Shown: positions 10,966 to 23,563, counted from the stretch's first letter. The stretch: 64,000 bases of DNA from an uncultured cyanobacterium (GCA_963793425.1 CAWCAG010000005.1:192001-256000), one strand, 5' to 3'. A program made the numbers and translations. Notes: generated by a model from the sequence alone, not told the origin.

Positions 10966-11742
10966 CTAGGGAAACAAACTCAGAATTATTTCTGCACTGA
11001 CAAAGCCCAAAGCAAAAATTAAAGTTACGAGCAAAGCAATTTTATTTTGACCAGCTAGAGAATTCGGTTTCAAAGCGGAAGTGGGCTTTTGTCCATAACC
11101 TCTCAGAATCATCGCTTGGTAAACTCTCTTGGATTTTTCGTAACTACTTACCAGCAAACTTCCTGTTAAGCTAGCCAGAATTTTGAGATTACGGAGGCTA
11201 AACTTTTTGTTTTTGAAGCCTCGCATTTTCATTGCTCTTTGCCTGGTTTGTAAAGTGTCTCCTAATTCTTCTAGATAGCGATAGGACAGCAGCATCATAT
11301 CGACAATGGTGTCTGGCAAACCCAACGAACGCAGGGCTTTGATGCTAGTTAAAAAAGGTGCTGTCCCAAAAAGAATCAAACTAACAGTGAGAATACAAAG
11401 GAAGCGGGTAATAATTAATAAAACTTGTAAGCAGCCTTCTTGTTTTATTTCTAAGAAACCCAAGCTGAAAAGCGCTGTATCTCCTGCTACAAATGGTAAA
11501 AATATTACTACTCCTAAGATAAACCAACCAGGGTAACGTAGTCTTGATAATAAAAAAGAAAAAGGTAATCGGGATAAGTAAAAAAGAGTTGCCGTAAGTA
11601 GCAGCATTGCTGGCAGCAAAATTAAATGTTCTACGAAAGCAAAAGCGAAAATCAAAGGCAACAATGCTATTAGCTTAGAACGTTGTTCCCATTGATGAAT
11701 AACTGAGTCTAAATAAGCGTAACGATCCAGGGCTAATTTCAT
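10966..11742 (-). CDS. cbiQ: Co/Ni ECF transporter T component
   Basis: LSYRY, RAMKMRGF, AMILRGY motifs. Confidence 0.9.
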   Translation of the reverse strand: MKLALDRYAYLDSVIHQWEQRSKLIALLPLIFAFAFVEHLILLPAMLLLTATLFYLSRLPFSFLLSRLRYPGWFILGVVIFLPFVAGDTALFSLGFLEIKQEGCLQVLLIITRFLCILTVSLILFGTAPFLTSIKALRSLGLPDTIVDMMLLSYRYLEELGDTLQTRQRAMKMRGFKNKKFSLRNLKILASLTGSLLVSSYEKSKRVYQAMILRGYGQKPTSALKPNSLAGQNKIALLVTLIFALGFVSAEIILSLFP

Positions 11743-11763
11743 TTCGCTATTGGTGATAAATGA

Positions 11764-12402
11764 CTAGTTTTCTAATAGTTCTGGCTTTACTTGTTGCAAG
11801 AAAGAAACTAACATTACTGTAAAAATTCCTTCGAGTATTGCGAGTATGCCGTAGGCAACAAGAGAGGCAGAAACAGCCGCTATTTCTGCTTGAGCATTAA
11901 TATCACTGGAGATATTGGTGATAACTAATAATGTATAGAGTGAAGCACCTAAAGCTATACCACTAAAACCAGCTAAGAAAGCACAAATTCCTCGCCAAGA
12001 TGGTTTGTTATGTCCTAAACGATGTCGAAGGTGAAAAATGTGATGAGCTAAAAGGGCGGGAAGCCCCATGATTATGGCATTAATTCCCAAGGTAGATAAG
12101 CCTCCATGTTGAAACATCACTGCTTGGAAAAACAGCCCGATGAGAATAGCCGGGAAAGCGTAGTAGCCCAAAATAGCCCCCATCAGACCATTCAAGATTA
12201 AATGAACACTGGTAGGAGGTAGAGGAATATGGATTAAGGAAGCTAGAAAGAAAGCGGCAGTGAGTAAGGAGGCTTTGGGAATTTGTTCTTGAGAATTTTT
12301 ACTGCGGTTGATTTGAGTTAAGGAATACCAAGTTATTCCTCCAGTGGCCCCATAGCCAGCGATCGCAATACTAGGGGGAAGAAGACCATCGGGGATGTGC
12401 AT
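11764..12402 (-). CDS. cbiM: Co/Ni ECF transporter S component
   Basis: N-terminal MHIPDG metal-binding motif, SVHLILNG, HGGLSTLG. Confidence 0.93.
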   Translation of the reverse strand: MHIPDGLLPPSIAIAGYGATGGITWYSLTQINRSKNSQEQIPKASLLTAAFFLASLIHIPLPPTSVHLILNGLMGAILGYYAFPAILIGLFFQAVMFQHGGLSTLGINAIIMGLPALLAHHIFHLRHRLGHNKPSWRGICAFLAGFSGIALGASLYTLLVITNISSDINAQAEIAAVSASLVAYGILAILEGIFTVMLVSFLQQVKPELLEN

Positions 12403-12404
12403 GG

Positions 12405-12884
12405 TTATTGAGTCTTCCTCCTAGCGAAGAATAGGGCTGTACCGACAAATCCCCAGGCACTAGTCACCCCTAAAAGGGCTTTTTGTAAGGGAGTGTAATC
12501 ACTTGCCCCTGTTGCCCAAGAGTTACTGGTTACAGAGGTAGTAATGCCTTCTTCATCTATGGGAATACTGACGATGCTACCGTGGCCTGCTTGGCGTACT
12601 TTAATATCCCAGTCGCCTTGTTGTTCTGTGTCTGGAGTGAAGCTAAAGCGACCTTCTTCATCTGTTGTTCCTTTACTCCAAGGCTTTGCCGGATCTTCAG
12701 GGCTGTAAATTACTACCTGGGCATTAGCCATCGGTTCATTGTTGTCGTAGGTTGCTTGAATTTCGATAGTCTTGGCTTCGCGATAATCAATTTTGCTACC
12801 ATGGGCAATGGCCTTAGTTGACCAAGGCAACAAAGAGATACAAAAAAAAGGAAGCAGATATTTCCACTGGTTTTGAGTCATCAA
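12405..12884 (-). CDS. ECF accessory protein (carboxypeptidase regulatory-like fold, C-terminal TM; CbiL/NikL-like)
   Basis: Signal peptide ending AIAHG, G-TDEEGRFSF, AGHG, C-terminal TM; directly upstream of cbiM. Confidence 0.7.
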   Translation of the reverse strand: MMTQNQWKYLLPFFCISLLPWSTKAIAHGSKIDYREAKTIEIQATYDNNEPMANAQVVIYSPEDPAKPWSKGTTDEEGRFSFTPDTEQQGDWDIKVRQAGHGSIVSIPIDEEGITTSVTSNSWATGASDYTPLQKALLGVTSAWGFVGTALFFARRKTQ

Positions 12885-12929
12885 AGTAAGGGTGTAAGGG
12901 TGTGGGGGTGTGGGGGTGTAGGGGGGTAA

Positions 12930-13056
12930 ACTGACAAAACTTTTGGAAGGCTTATTATCCCGTAGGTTGGGTAGAACAAAGTGAAACCCAACAAAATGTT
13001 TATTGGTGTTGGGTTTCGTCGCCTCAACCCAACCTACTTGATGATCTTTTGTCAGT
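12930..13056. repeat. miniature inverted-repeat element containing a GTAG-type REP cruciform
   Basis: Outer IR actgacaaaa/ttttgtcagt; gtaggttgggt/acccaacctac; gaaacccaaca/tgttgggtttc; embedded in gggtgt/gggtaaa short repeats. Confidence 0.75.
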
Positions 13057-13176
13057 CAATCAGGGGTAAAGGGTAAAGGGTAAGGCTCAAAGAATCAACA
13101 TTTGCTCATAAAAGCTATCCTAAAATTTTGCTTTGACAGAACACTAGTGACAGGTAGAAATAATATTACCTATTAC

Positions 13177-14070
13177 CTATTCCTTGTTGCCTGATTCATA
13201 GAGACAATGCCCTTCTCCTACGTGTCCTAAACCTATTAAGGCTTTTTCTAAAGTTTGGTAATCTTGATCAGAAAGTTGAGATTTTAAGGTTGTTTGATCA
13301 ACGTTTAATTTTCCATTTTCAGCCAATGCTGCTAAGGGTTCAAACCCGATAGCACCTTGATTAATTTCCTCATCAGCTTCTGCTTCTGCATCCCCGAAAA
13401 TATGATCAAAATGAAAAGTTGTTTCCACTTCAGCTTGTTGTTCAGATTGGACAATTCCTTTGCGATCTTCACCAACAAATTCGCCACAAGTATAATTTGC
13501 TTGAGGGTTAAGTTTGATTTGGAAATCTACAGTTTGATTTTCTTTCTTGGCCTGACCAGCCAAGACAATCGTGTTTCCTTCTGCTTCTCCTGATTCTGCT
13601 TTAGCTAGTTTCCAAGCCAAGGCATTATAAGTACCAGGAGGAACTTCTTTTTCAGTAACTAATATTGGGTCTGCATCACTAGCTCCGGCGGCAAGATCAA
13701 CAGTTTCTGGAGCTGCGATTAAGGTTACTTCTTCTTCTGCTTCGATCTCGTTATCAGATTCTGGCTCAAAAGGAGAGGAGGTTTGGTAAGCTTTAACATC
13801 AGTCAAGGTGACGTAAACTTTGTCAAAATCGATTTGCCAATTATCTTTGGTTACAAAACCATTTCTTACAAAGTCTTCACCATTAGCTACTAAAGCTAAA
13901 GTTCCCGGAGTTTGAGAACTTTCGTTTGCAGTTTCTTGTTTAATTTGATTCTGTGCTGCACAACTAACTAATAGAGTAGTAGCTAAGCAAACCAAATTTG
14001 TTTTCTGAAAAATACTTTTCATTAGCTTGCTAAGCATTAAAGAGAGAGTAGTTTGTTTTACCTTAATCAT
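13177..14070 (-). CDS. lipoprotein, DUF4382-like putative metal-binding component of the cbi operon
   Basis: Lipobox LVSC; ANGEDFVR, CGEFVG, TFHFDHIFGD, GHVGEGHC. Confidence 0.7.
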   Translation of the reverse strand: MIKVKQTTLSLMLSKLMKSIFQKTNLVCLATTLLVSCAAQNQIKQETANESSQTPGTLALVANGEDFVRNGFVTKDNWQIDFDKVYVTLTDVKAYQTSSPFEPESDNEIEAEEEVTLIAAPETVDLAAGASDADPILVTEKEVPPGTYNALAWKLAKAESGEAEGNTIVLAGQAKKENQTVDFQIKLNPQANYTCGEFVGEDRKGIVQSEQQAEVETTFHFDHIFGDAEAEADEEINQGAIGFEPLAALAENGKLNVDQTTLKSQLSDQDYQTLEKALIGLGHVGEGHCLYESGNKE

Positions 14071-14246
14071 TTTTCAACTTTTTTGTAATATTTGCAATGC
14101 CCCTAGAGGGGATTTAAAGAGTTTTTTAGAGTCATTAATACTTTCTTTAAAAACGAGGTTTTTTATTGTTTTTTTGTTATAATAGCCAAACCAAAAAAGA
14201 TATTTTTATATTACTTATTACCTATTACTTATTACCTAATTATTGA

Positions 14247-15907
14247 ATGCCCAACAGCTTCATCAATAAACAAAAAATATCCATGGAAACCCGCGATGGT
14301 GTGCGGTTAGATGCAGATGTGTATTACCCTCAAGAAAAGGGAGACTATCCTGTACTATTGATGCGGCAACCCTATGGTAGAGCGATCGCCTCTACGGTAG
14401 TCTATAATCATCCTAGTTGGTATGCAGCACAAGGTTATCTGGTTGTTATTCAGGATGTGCGAGGTAGGGGAACTTCTCAAGGGAAATTTGACCTCTTTGC
14501 CAAGGAAATTGAGGATGGTTATGACAGTGTAGTTTGGGCATCACAGCTTCCTGGTAGTACAAGAGATGTGGGGATGTACGGCTTTTCCTATCAAGGTATG
14601 ACCCAATTATATGCTGCCATTGCAGAGCCTAGTCCTTTAAAAACTATTTGTCCGGCGATGGTAGCGGGAGATTTGTATGCAGACTGGGCTTATGAAGGAA
14701 GGGCATTTTGTCTGCATACCAACTTGGCATGGGCAATACAGTTAGCTGCCGAGACGACTCGTTTACAAGGAGATGAAGAGGCTTTCAACCGTCTTCACAG
14801 TGCTTCTCGTCACCTTCCCTTCTACGATCCTCAACCTTCTCGCCCTCATATTCTCACAGAGTTGCCCCAGATTCTTTTTACCATCAATGGTTAGATATTC
14901 CTCCCCAAGACTCCTACTGGCAGAAGCTTTCTCCTCAAGGATTAATAGAGAGAGTGGACTTACCCATGTTGCATATTGGGGGTTGGTTCGATACCTATTT
15001 ACGTGGCACTCTACGGCTTTATCACCACATGGCTAAAGGTAACAAACCTCAACATTTAATTATTGGCCCTTGGGGACATTTACCTTGGGGACGCAAAGTT
15101 GGGGCAAAAGATTATGGGGCATCGGCTATCAGCCCCATTGATGAGATGCAAATTCGTTGGTTTGATTATTTTCTCAAAGGTAAAGATACAGGGATTAAAC
15201 AAGAGAAGCCCGTTCACTTATTTGCAATGGGTAGCAATCAATGGCGTTACTACACAGAATTTCCTAATCATCAAAAACAAATTTATTATTTAGTAAGTAA
15301 TGGTTTAGCTAGTGTTAGGGAGGATGCAGGAAGATTGTGCAAACTTCCTGACCCTAATAGCCTTTCATCAGATACCATTGTCAGCGATCCTTGGCGTGCC
15401 GTACCTTCTTTAGGAGGACATTCCAGCTTTCCCTCTGGCTCTTTTGAACGTGGTAGCATTGACAGTCGTAGCGATGTTTTAACCTATACATCTGACCCTT
15501 TGCAGGAAGATTTACAGATAATTGGGACAGTAGTGGTAGAGATTTACTGCTTTGCTGATGCACCTAGTTTCGACGTTTGCGCCATCCTATCTGAAGTGCA
15601 AGAAGATGGTGAAGTTTACAATTTCTGCCAAGGTTATCTTCGCGTTGATGCAGAAGAGTTACCCATCAAAATCCCTTTGCAAACTACTTCCATGGTAATT
15701 ACCAAAGGGAAAGCTTTGCGCCTCAGCTTAAGTGCAACCTGTTTTCCTGCTTATCCTATCAATCCTGGTACAGGAAAACCACCTGGAAAAACTACTTTGA
15801 TTGAGTCGAGAGTAATTACTTTAAATGTTAGCAGCAATGAAGATAGTGTTTGTCGGCTATTACTTCCCAAAGCAACAGCAGTCAATGGTGACGGAGAGAA
15901 TCTATAA
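14247..15907 (+). pseudogene. CocE/NonD family hydrolase split by a 1-nt frameshift at ~14862 (possibly a sequencing error)
   Basis: RDGVRLDADVY, QDVRGRG, GFSYQG in ORF1; adding one base gives ELAPDSFYHQW and joins ORF2 (GGWFD, IGPWGH). Confidence 0.85.
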
Positions 15908-15990
15908 ATGTTTAATGTTAATGCTCAATGTTTAATGTTAATGCTCAATGTTCAATGTTCAATGTTTAATGTTAATGCTCAATGTTCAAT
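15907..15990. repeat. degenerate hepta/hexamer tandem repeat (aatgttt/aatgtt/aatgctc/aatgttc), STRR-like
   Basis: Directly visible between convergent stop codons. Confidence 0.85.
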
Positions 15991-16986
15991 GAAAAACGTT
16001 TCTCCTAAAGACAACCTCATGCCGTTAATAAAATCTGCCCCTGATTGAGCTTTTTTTCCTGCGGGTTGTAATTCTCTTAATAGTAATAATCCTTCACCAG
16101 TTTGGATTATGGGGCCAAGTTTTTTGGCTAAGTAAACTACTTCTCCGGGGCTTCCTTTTAGGGATAATAATTCTTCTTCTTGTTGAGACAAAGCCGCTAT
16201 TTTTGGAGGCAGTTGCTGCCAATATCTTTTACCCAAAGGTGCAGAGGCTTTAATTTTGAGCTTTTTACCCCGAAAAGATGTGGCACAGTTAGGAAAAAAT
16301 CCTCTTATTTGATTATGGAGGGCGATTCCACTACGCAACCAGTCTAGTTCGTAATCTGATTTCTTAATCAAGGGTGCGTAAGTTGCTTGGGAGTTATCTT
16401 GGGGAATAGGCTTAATGTCACCTTGATCAAGTTTTAAAAGGGTAGAAATAAGGAGATTCGCTGCAATATCAGCTAAATTTTCTGCCAAGTCACGGGCATT
16501 ATCGAGGAGTCTGATGGGAGTATGTTGTTTCAATAACATATCCCCTGTATCCATCCCTGCATCCATCAACATAGCCGTCATACCTGTTTCTGCTTCCCCG
16601 TTATACAAACACCATTGAATGGGTGCAGCACCGCGATATTGGGGCAAAATAGAGCCATGACCATTAATGCAACCCAAAGGAGGTATGTTGAGGATTTCTG
16701 GAGAAAGTATTTGTCCGTAAGCAACGACAACAAAGGCATCTGCTTCACTGGTTTTAAGTTTAGCTAAAGTTTCTGCATCTTTTTTTATACGTCGAGGTTG
16801 CCAAACTGGTAAATCAAAATCAAGGGCAACTTTTTTAACTGCTGAGGGGATTAATTGTTTTCCCCTACCTCGTGGTTTGTCCGGTTGAGTAACAACTCCT
16901 AAAACTTCTATTTCTGGCTGCTGTAGGAAACATTTTAAGGTGGGAACAGCAAATTGTGGCGTACCAAAAAAGATGATCTTAAGCAT
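15979..16986 (-). CDS. fmt: methionyl-tRNA formyltransferase
   Basis: [47 protein letters not shown]; start moved to ATG at 16986. Confidence 0.95.
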   Translation of the reverse strand: MLKIIFFGTPQFAVPTLKCFLQQPEIEVLGVVTQPDKPRGRGKQLIPSAVKKVALDFDLPVWQPRRIKKDAETLAKLKTSEADAFVVVAYGQILSPEILNIPPLGCINGHGSILPQYRGAAPIQWCLYNGEAETGMTAMLMDAGMDTGDMLLKQHTPIRLLDNARDLAENLADIAANLLISTLLKLDQGDIKPIPQDNSQATYAPLIKKSDYELDWLRSGIALHNQIRGFFPNCATSFRGKKLKIKASAPLGKRYWQQLPPKIAALSQQEEELLSLKGSPGEVVYLAKKLGPIIQTGEGLLLLRELQPAGKKAQSGADFINGMRLSLGETFFIEH

Positions 16987-17008
16987 TAGGAATTGGTTAA
17001 GGAAAATA

Positions 17009-17785
17009 CTAACGAAAGAGTTTAGGGTAAATTTGCCGCCAAGCCAAGATAGCAAAAACTGCCATCCACAATAATAACCATAAGATGGAAAGCCACCAAT
17101 GATCCGGCAAAATAATTGGCCAGCGTAATAAATCTACTAAAGAAGCTAGAGGTAAAACATTTGCTATATTCCTCAACATAGGGGGCAAAGTATCACGGGG
17201 AAAGTAAGTACCGCAGAGGGTGAACATAGGAATTATGATTAAAAAAAGCGGTACATTAATTTGATCTACAGTGCGTACACTACCAGCGGTGAGTAGTCCT
17301 CCGGCTGCGAATAAAAGACTTCCTAAAAGAATAATCGGTAAAGATAATAATAAATCCCAAGGGGAATAAAGTCCCCAAATTACAGCAACAATTCCTGTCA
17401 TTATTCCGGCAATTATTCCTTTGGTTGTAGCCCACAACCAATCCCCTAAAAAGACTTCTGTAAAGGTCAAGGGTGCTGTCAATAAACCATGCCAAGTTTT
17501 TTGGAAACTGAGGCGAATAAAACAGCCAAAACCACCTTCAAAAAAAGATTGGAAAAGGATGCCAATAGCCATCATACCAGGAGCAATAAATTTTAAATAA
17601 GTAACCCTTTCTCCTTGGTAATTTACCTCTCCTACTAAAGGAGATAAGCCAAAACCAAAGGCAACTAAATAGATAATCGGCTCTGAGACTGGGAGTAGGG
17701 AATTAACTAACCAGGTTTTTTGGTAAACTTTGGCGTGTCGCCGCCAAACTGAGTAAACACCCCACAAGGTTATATTGTTTATCAT
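17009..17785 (-). CDS. ABC-2 type (NodJ-like) exporter permease
   Basis: [26 protein letters not shown]; six TM segments. Confidence 0.85.
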   Translation of the reverse strand: MINNITLWGVYSVWRRHAKVYQKTWLVNSLLPVSEPIIYLVAFGFGLSPLVGEVNYQGERVTYLKFIAPGMMAIGILFQSFFEGGFGCFIRLSFQKTWHGLLTAPLTFTEVFLGDWLWATTKGIIAGIMTGIVAVIWGLYSPWDLLLSLPIILLGSLLFAAGGLLTAGSVRTVDQINVPLFLIIIPMFTLCGTYFPRDTLPPMLRNIANVLPLASLVDLLRWPIILPDHWWLSILWLLLWMAVFAILAWRQIYPKLFR

Positions 17786-17812
17786 TAAAGATTTTTGGTG
17801 TGATATTAATTA

Positions 17813-17854
17813 AAAAACTGTAGAGGAGTTTTTAAAAACATCTCTACAGTTTTT
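17813..17854. repeat. GTAGAG...CTCTAC palindromic repeat / terminator-like hairpin
   Basis: aaaaaactgtagag...ctctacagtttttt; related copy at ~27713-27745 (ctgtagagacg...catccctacag). Confidence 0.65.
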
Positions 17855-17895
17855 ATTTTAGGTGGGGGCGTTTGCTCTATTCCCCACTCCCTTCT

Positions 17896-19281
17896 TCACT
17901 TACCAATACCGATATAACGGAAACCAGCTTTTTCTGCTGCTTTTTTATCGAGGAAGTTACGACCGTCAATAATCACAGGATTATTCATGTGCTTCGCTAA
18001 AGCTTCGTAATCTAATTCAGCAAATTGTTGCCAATCGGTGACTAAAACTAAAGCATCACAACGATCCGCTAACATATTAATCTCTGTCTCAACAATTACT
18101 CCAGATAAACCATGACTCATGCCACTCTGGGAAACAATGGGGTCATAGGCTTTGACTTTTGCACCAAGACGATTAAGTTCTTCAATAAGGTTCAAAGCTG
18201 GGGCATCTCGCATATCATCGGTGTCTGGTTTAAAGGTTAAACCGAGTAAACCAACGACTTTACCTTTAAGGATTTTTAGTTCCTTTTGTAACTTCTCCAA
18301 AGCAATTACTCGCTGGCGTTGATTAACACTAACTGCACTTTTGAGTAACTCTGCTTCATAACCATAATCATCAGCAGTATGAATTAAAGCAGAAACATCT
18401 TTAGGGAAACAAGAACCCCCCCAACCAATACCCGCTTGTAAAAACTTGCTACCAATACGGGAATCTAAACCAATCCCCGCCGCTACTTGAGTAACATCAG
18501 CACCGACGCGATCGCAGATATTAGCTACTTCATTAATGAAGCTAATTTTGGTAGCCAAAAAGGAGTTAGCCGCATATTTAATCATCTCAGCAGAGTTGAG
18601 ATCTGTTTCTACCACAGGAACTTGCGGTAAGGATTTATCGTCGCTAAATTCCCTAGAAACTAAGGGTGCATAGAGTTTCTGCATCATTGCTAAAGCTTTT
18701 TCGCTATTGCTGCCTAGAACAATGCGATCTGGGTTAAAGGTATCATAAACTGCTGAGCCTTCCCGGAGAAATTCTGGGTTACTAACCACATCAAATTCCG
18801 CCGCAATTTTTTCCATCACCTCAGTGCCACCACCAGAAGTAACTAAAGATTTTTGGCGCTCTGCCACACCATCTAAAACAATCATCCTTACCCAGTCACC
18901 AGAACCGATAGGAACCGTAGATTTATTAACTATAACCTTATAACCATCTTTTAAATGAGCGCCAATGCCCCTGGCTACAGCCTCTACATAACGGGTATCA
19001 CTTTCTCCTGTTGGTAAAGGAGGAGTTCCCACCGCAACAAAGAGAATTTCGCCATGATCTACCCCAGCTTCCAAATCCGCAGAAAACTTTAAACGTCCTG
19101 ATTCGGCAGAAGATTTCATTAAATCTGAGAGTCCTGGTTCATAAATGGGGGATTGCCCTGACTGCATTAACTTAACTTTTTGTTCGTTGTTGTCAATGCA
19201 AATAACTTCATGTCCTATATGAGAAAGACATACACCTGTAACCAAACCAACGTATCCAGTACCAATAACACAAACGCGCAT
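17896..19281 (-). CDS. ugd: UDP-glucose 6-dehydrogenase
   Basis: GTGYVG, KSTVP, SNPEFLREG, GGSCFPKD, FKPDTDDMRD. Confidence 0.95.
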   Translation of the reverse strand: MRVCVIGTGYVGLVTGVCLSHIGHEVICIDNNEQKVKLMQSGQSPIYEPGLSDLMKSSAESGRLKFSADLEAGVDHGEILFVAVGTPPLPTGESDTRYVEAVARGIGAHLKDGYKVIVNKSTVPIGSGDWVRMIVLDGVAERQKSLVTSGGGTEVMEKIAAEFDVVSNPEFLREGSAVYDTFNPDRIVLGSNSEKALAMMQKLYAPLVSREFSDDKSLPQVPVVETDLNSAEMIKYAANSFLATKISFINEVANICDRVGADVTQVAAGIGLDSRIGSKFLQAGIGWGGSCFPKDVSALIHTADDYGYEAELLKSAVSVNQRQRVIALEKLQKELKILKGKVVGLLGLTFKPDTDDMRDAPALNLIEELNRLGAKVKAYDPIVSQSGMSHGLSGVIVETEINMLADRCDALVLVTDWQQFAELDYEALAKHMNNPVIIDGRNFLDKKAAEKAGFRYIGIGK

Positions 19282-19398
19282 AGAATGAATCCTCAAAGAA
19301 CAGTAGTTAAACAAGTTTTTCTGACTACCAAGAATCTAGACAGTAGTCTTGGTGACAAAGAAGATTGCAGTGGGCAGAAAAAAACTAAATTTCCTATT

Positions 19399-20328
19399 TT
19401 ATTTACCTAAGCGGTTACTAAAATCCTCTATGGTTAGTTTTAGCCCCTCTTTAAGAGCAATAGTAGGTTCCCAGCCAAGAATTGTTTTAGCTTTGGTAAT
19501 ATCTGGTTGTCGCTGTTTAGGATCGTCTTGGGGTAGGGGTTTATAAACAATTTCTGCATCAGGGTTGATCATGTTTTGAATGGTTTGAGCCAATTCTAAA
19601 ATCGTATATTCACCAGGATTGCCAATGTTAACAGGGCCAATACAATCGCTATTCATCAAGCGGATAAATCCCTCTACAAGGTCAGATACATAGCAAAAGC
19701 TACGGGTTTGGGAACCATCACCGTATACAGTTAAGGGTTCTTTTTGCAAAGCTTGAACAATAAAATTGCTAACCACTCGCCCATCATGTTCTAACATTCT
19801 AGGGCCGTAGGTATTAAAAATACGTACTACCCTGATATCCACACCATTTTGACGATGATAATCAAAAGCGAGGGTTTCTGCCACTCTTTTTCCTTCGTCG
19901 TAGCAAGACCGAATGCCGATACAATTGACATTGCCTCGATATTCTTCCGGTTGAGGATGGACATCAGGATCACCATACACTTCAGAAGTGGAAGCCAAAA
20001 AAAACCTTGCCTTCACCCGCTTGGCTAAACCCAGCATATTTAAAGTGCCGATCACATTCGTTTTAATGGTTTTTACCGGATTGAATTGGTAATGAACCGG
20101 AGAAGCAGGACAAGCAAGATGATAAATTTGGTCTACTTCCAAACGAATAGGTTCGGTAATATCGTGACGAATTAGCTCAAAATAGGGATTATCCAGCCAC
20201 TTAAGAATATTTCTTTTGTGGCCAGTATAGAAGTTATCAAGACACAGCACTTCATGGCCCTGCGTCATTAATCTATCGATAAGATGGGAACCAATAAAAC
20301 CGGCACCACCCGTTACCAGGATTCTCAT
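19399..20328 (-). CDS. UDP-glucuronate decarboxylase (UDP-xylose synthase family SDR)
   Basis: [34 protein letters not shown]. Confidence 0.92.
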   Translation of the reverse strand: MRILVTGGAGFIGSHLIDRLMTQGHEVLCLDNFYTGHKRNILKWLDNPYFELIRHDITEPIRLEVDQIYHLACPASPVHYQFNPVKTIKTNVIGTLNMLGLAKRVKARFFLASTSEVYGDPDVHPQPEEYRGNVNCIGIRSCYDEGKRVAETLAFDYHRQNGVDIRVVRIFNTYGPRMLEHDGRVVSNFIVQALQKEPLTVYGDGSQTRSFCYVSDLVEGFIRLMNSDCIGPVNIGNPGEYTILELAQTIQNMINPDAEIVYKPLPQDDPKQRQPDITKAKTILGWEPTIALKEGLKLTIEDFSNRLGK

Positions 20329-20575
20329 AACTGACTCTGTTGGGACTTAAACCAATCCTAAGTTAACTTTAGAAATCTTTAATGTCTAGATAGTCTAGTA
20401 TTTATACAAAGGTTATGGCTTTATGACCTCATACTTGATCGTTTGATTATACAAGTAGTATTCCCAATTGCTGTTGTAACTTTACCGAAAGAGTAGTGTG
20501 ATAATTTTGTACTCTATTCCTGGATTAAAATCCACAGATTATTAGGAATCAATACTGAGTCCGGTGAAAGATGCC

Positions 20576-21394
20576 ATGAATAACAACAAAATTATCATTT
20601 TTGATACTACTTTGCGTGATGGGGAACTCACTCCTGGGGTGACAATGAACCTGGAAGAAAAAGTGGTGATCGCTCAACTATTAGACGAAATGGGAGTAGA
20701 TATTATTGAAGTTGGTTATCCCGGTTACGGCCAGAAAGATTTTCAGGAAATTTACCAAACATCCCAACTAATTACCAACTCAACTATCTGCGGCTTAGCT
20801 GCCTCAAAACCAGAAGAGATAATCCAGGTAGCACAAGCAATTAAACCAGCACTAAAAGGTAGAATTAACATTTATACGAACGTTAACAATAAAAAGCATC
20901 AGAAGCAAGTTTTAAACACAATTAAAGAAACTGTTTCTTTAGCTAAAGATTATTGCCATGATCTACAATGGAATGCTTTTGATGCTACCAGAACTGAGTT
21001 GAATTTTCTCTGCCAAACTATCGAAATTGCTATTGAAAGTGGTGCTAATACTATTACCATTGCCGATAGTTTAGGAGTCGCTTCACCAAGCAGTTTTAGT
21101 CAGCTTTTAAAGAAAATTTTCAAGCAAGTAAAAAACATAGACCAAGCCATTATCGCCGTGCATTGTCATAATGATTTAGGTTATGCAGAAGAAAATGCTC
21201 TGGTTGCCTTAAATTACGGGGTTAGACAAATTGAAGTGGCAATTAATGGTTTAGGTATGCGTAAAGGCAATACAGATTTAGCAAAGTTTGTCACTAAACT
21301 TTCTAGCCAAGATCAATACAGCATCAACCTCAATACTTCTCTCTTACCAAAAGCTTCAGAATTAGTCAGTAAAATAACATCTAAATTCCAATAA
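20576..21394 (+). CDS. short DRE-TIM metallolyase, LeuA catalytic-barrel-only homologue
   Basis: FDTTLRDGE, HCHNDLG, NGLG.RKGN; ends after ~272 aa. Confidence 0.75.
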   Translation: MNNNKIIIFDTTLRDGELTPGVTMNLEEKVVIAQLLDEMGVDIIEVGYPGYGQKDFQEIYQTSQLITNSTICGLAASKPEEIIQVAQAIKPALKGRINIYTNVNNKKHQKQVLNTIKETVSLAKDYCHDLQWNAFDATRTELNFLCQTIEIAIESGANTITIADSLGVASPSSFSQLLKKIFKQVKNIDQAIIAVHCHNDLGYAEENALVALNYGVRQIEVAINGLGMRKGNTDLAKFVTKLSSQDQYSINLNTSLLPKASELVSKITSKFQ

Positions 21395-21415
21395 GCAATA
21401 GGCGAAGAATACTCT

Positions 21416-21451
21416 TTACCTATTACCTATTACCTATTACCTATTACCTAT
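21416..21451. repeat. heptamer tandem repeat (tacctat)n
   Basis: About five copies; related short arrays at ~14211-14240 and ~58083-58108. Confidence 0.85.
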
Positions 21452-21891
21452 TTAGGTTCCGATTCTGTAAAAGCTTTCCAAGCGGCATTAACTGCGTTAT
21501 CTATCCGCTTACCCATCTTTTGCATCTCATCAACAAAAACTTCCCAATTTTCTGTCGCTTCATTAGTAAGTTCAGCTAAGGATGTTTCCACAGAATTCTT
21601 TTGTCCTTCAAAAAACTTTTCGGTCTTTCTCAAAGTTTCTTGGGCTTGAGTCATGGCATCAACATAATTTTCGCGGTTCATATCGCCAGCAGCTTCAATT
21701 TGTGATGCTGCCTGCTTCTTAATTGCTTCAATTAATTCTCCCATCTTTTCTTTAACTTCATCAGATTCACCATCACCCATTTTTTTGTTAACAAGGTCTT
21801 TTGTTTCTTCGCTAACGGAGGTGATAGCTGTCTCTTTTACTTCGCTAGGTGGAACAATAGCCGTCTCTTTAGGATCATTAGGTGTATTCAT
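21448..21891 (-). CDS. hypothetical helical acidic protein
   Basis: Clean 147-aa ORF with coiled-coil-like composition, downstream of tocopherol cyclase. Confidence 0.65.
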   Translation of the reverse strand: MNTPNDPKETAIVPPSEVKETAITSVSEETKDLVNKKMGDGESDEVKEKMGELIEAIKKQAASQIEAAGDMNRENYVDAMTQAQETLRKTEKFFEGQKNSVETSLAELTNEATENWEVFVDEMQKMGKRIDNAVNAAWKAFTESEPK

Positions 21892-21917
21892 TAATTTCTC
21901 CTTACTTCTACTAATAA

Positions 21918-22985
<1,068 letters not shown>

Positions 22986-23087
22986 TTAGAAATTAAGAAT
23001 AGGGAAAAAACAAAAATATAGGGGTACAGCTAAACTGCACCCCCATTTCAACATGAGGCATAAACCTAATAATTAGGAAATCTGATT

Positions 23088-23411
23088 TTAAAGATATTTT
23101 TCCAAAGTAGTTGCTAAGGTTGTTTTTGGTACAGCCCCGACTACCATATCCACCCTTTGACCACCTTTAAAAATCATTAAGGTAGGAATGCTACGAATAC
23201 CGTACTGACTCGCAACATTGGGATTTTCGTCAGTATTGAGCTTAACTACCTTAATTTGGTTTTCGTATTGGTCAGCAATTTCGTCAACCACTGGGGCTAC
23301 CATACGACATGGACCGCACCAGGGGGCCCAAAAATCTACCAATACAGGTACTTCGCTCTCTAATACTTCAGATTTAAAACTTGCATCTGTAACTTGTTCA
23401 GTTACCGCCAT
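23088..23411 (-). CDS. trxA: thioredoxin (m-type)
   Basis: [21 protein letters not shown]. Confidence 0.96.
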   Translation of the reverse strand: MAVTEQVTDASFKSEVLESEVPVLVDFWAPWCGPCRMVAPVVDEIADQYENQIKVVKLNTDENPNVASQYGIRSIPTLMIFKGGQRVDMVVGAVPKTTLATTLEKYL

Positions 23412-23563
23412 GCCTGAACATCCTTGTTTGTGAGGTTGATAACGTTTATTGGAAATTCTACCATAGCAAGAACTAGTCGGTACTTGTTTAGAATTATCTC
23501 CTAAAATTCACATAAACTTCCTGCTCTTGTCAATATCGCCTTGTAAATAGCCTTGAAAGGAAG

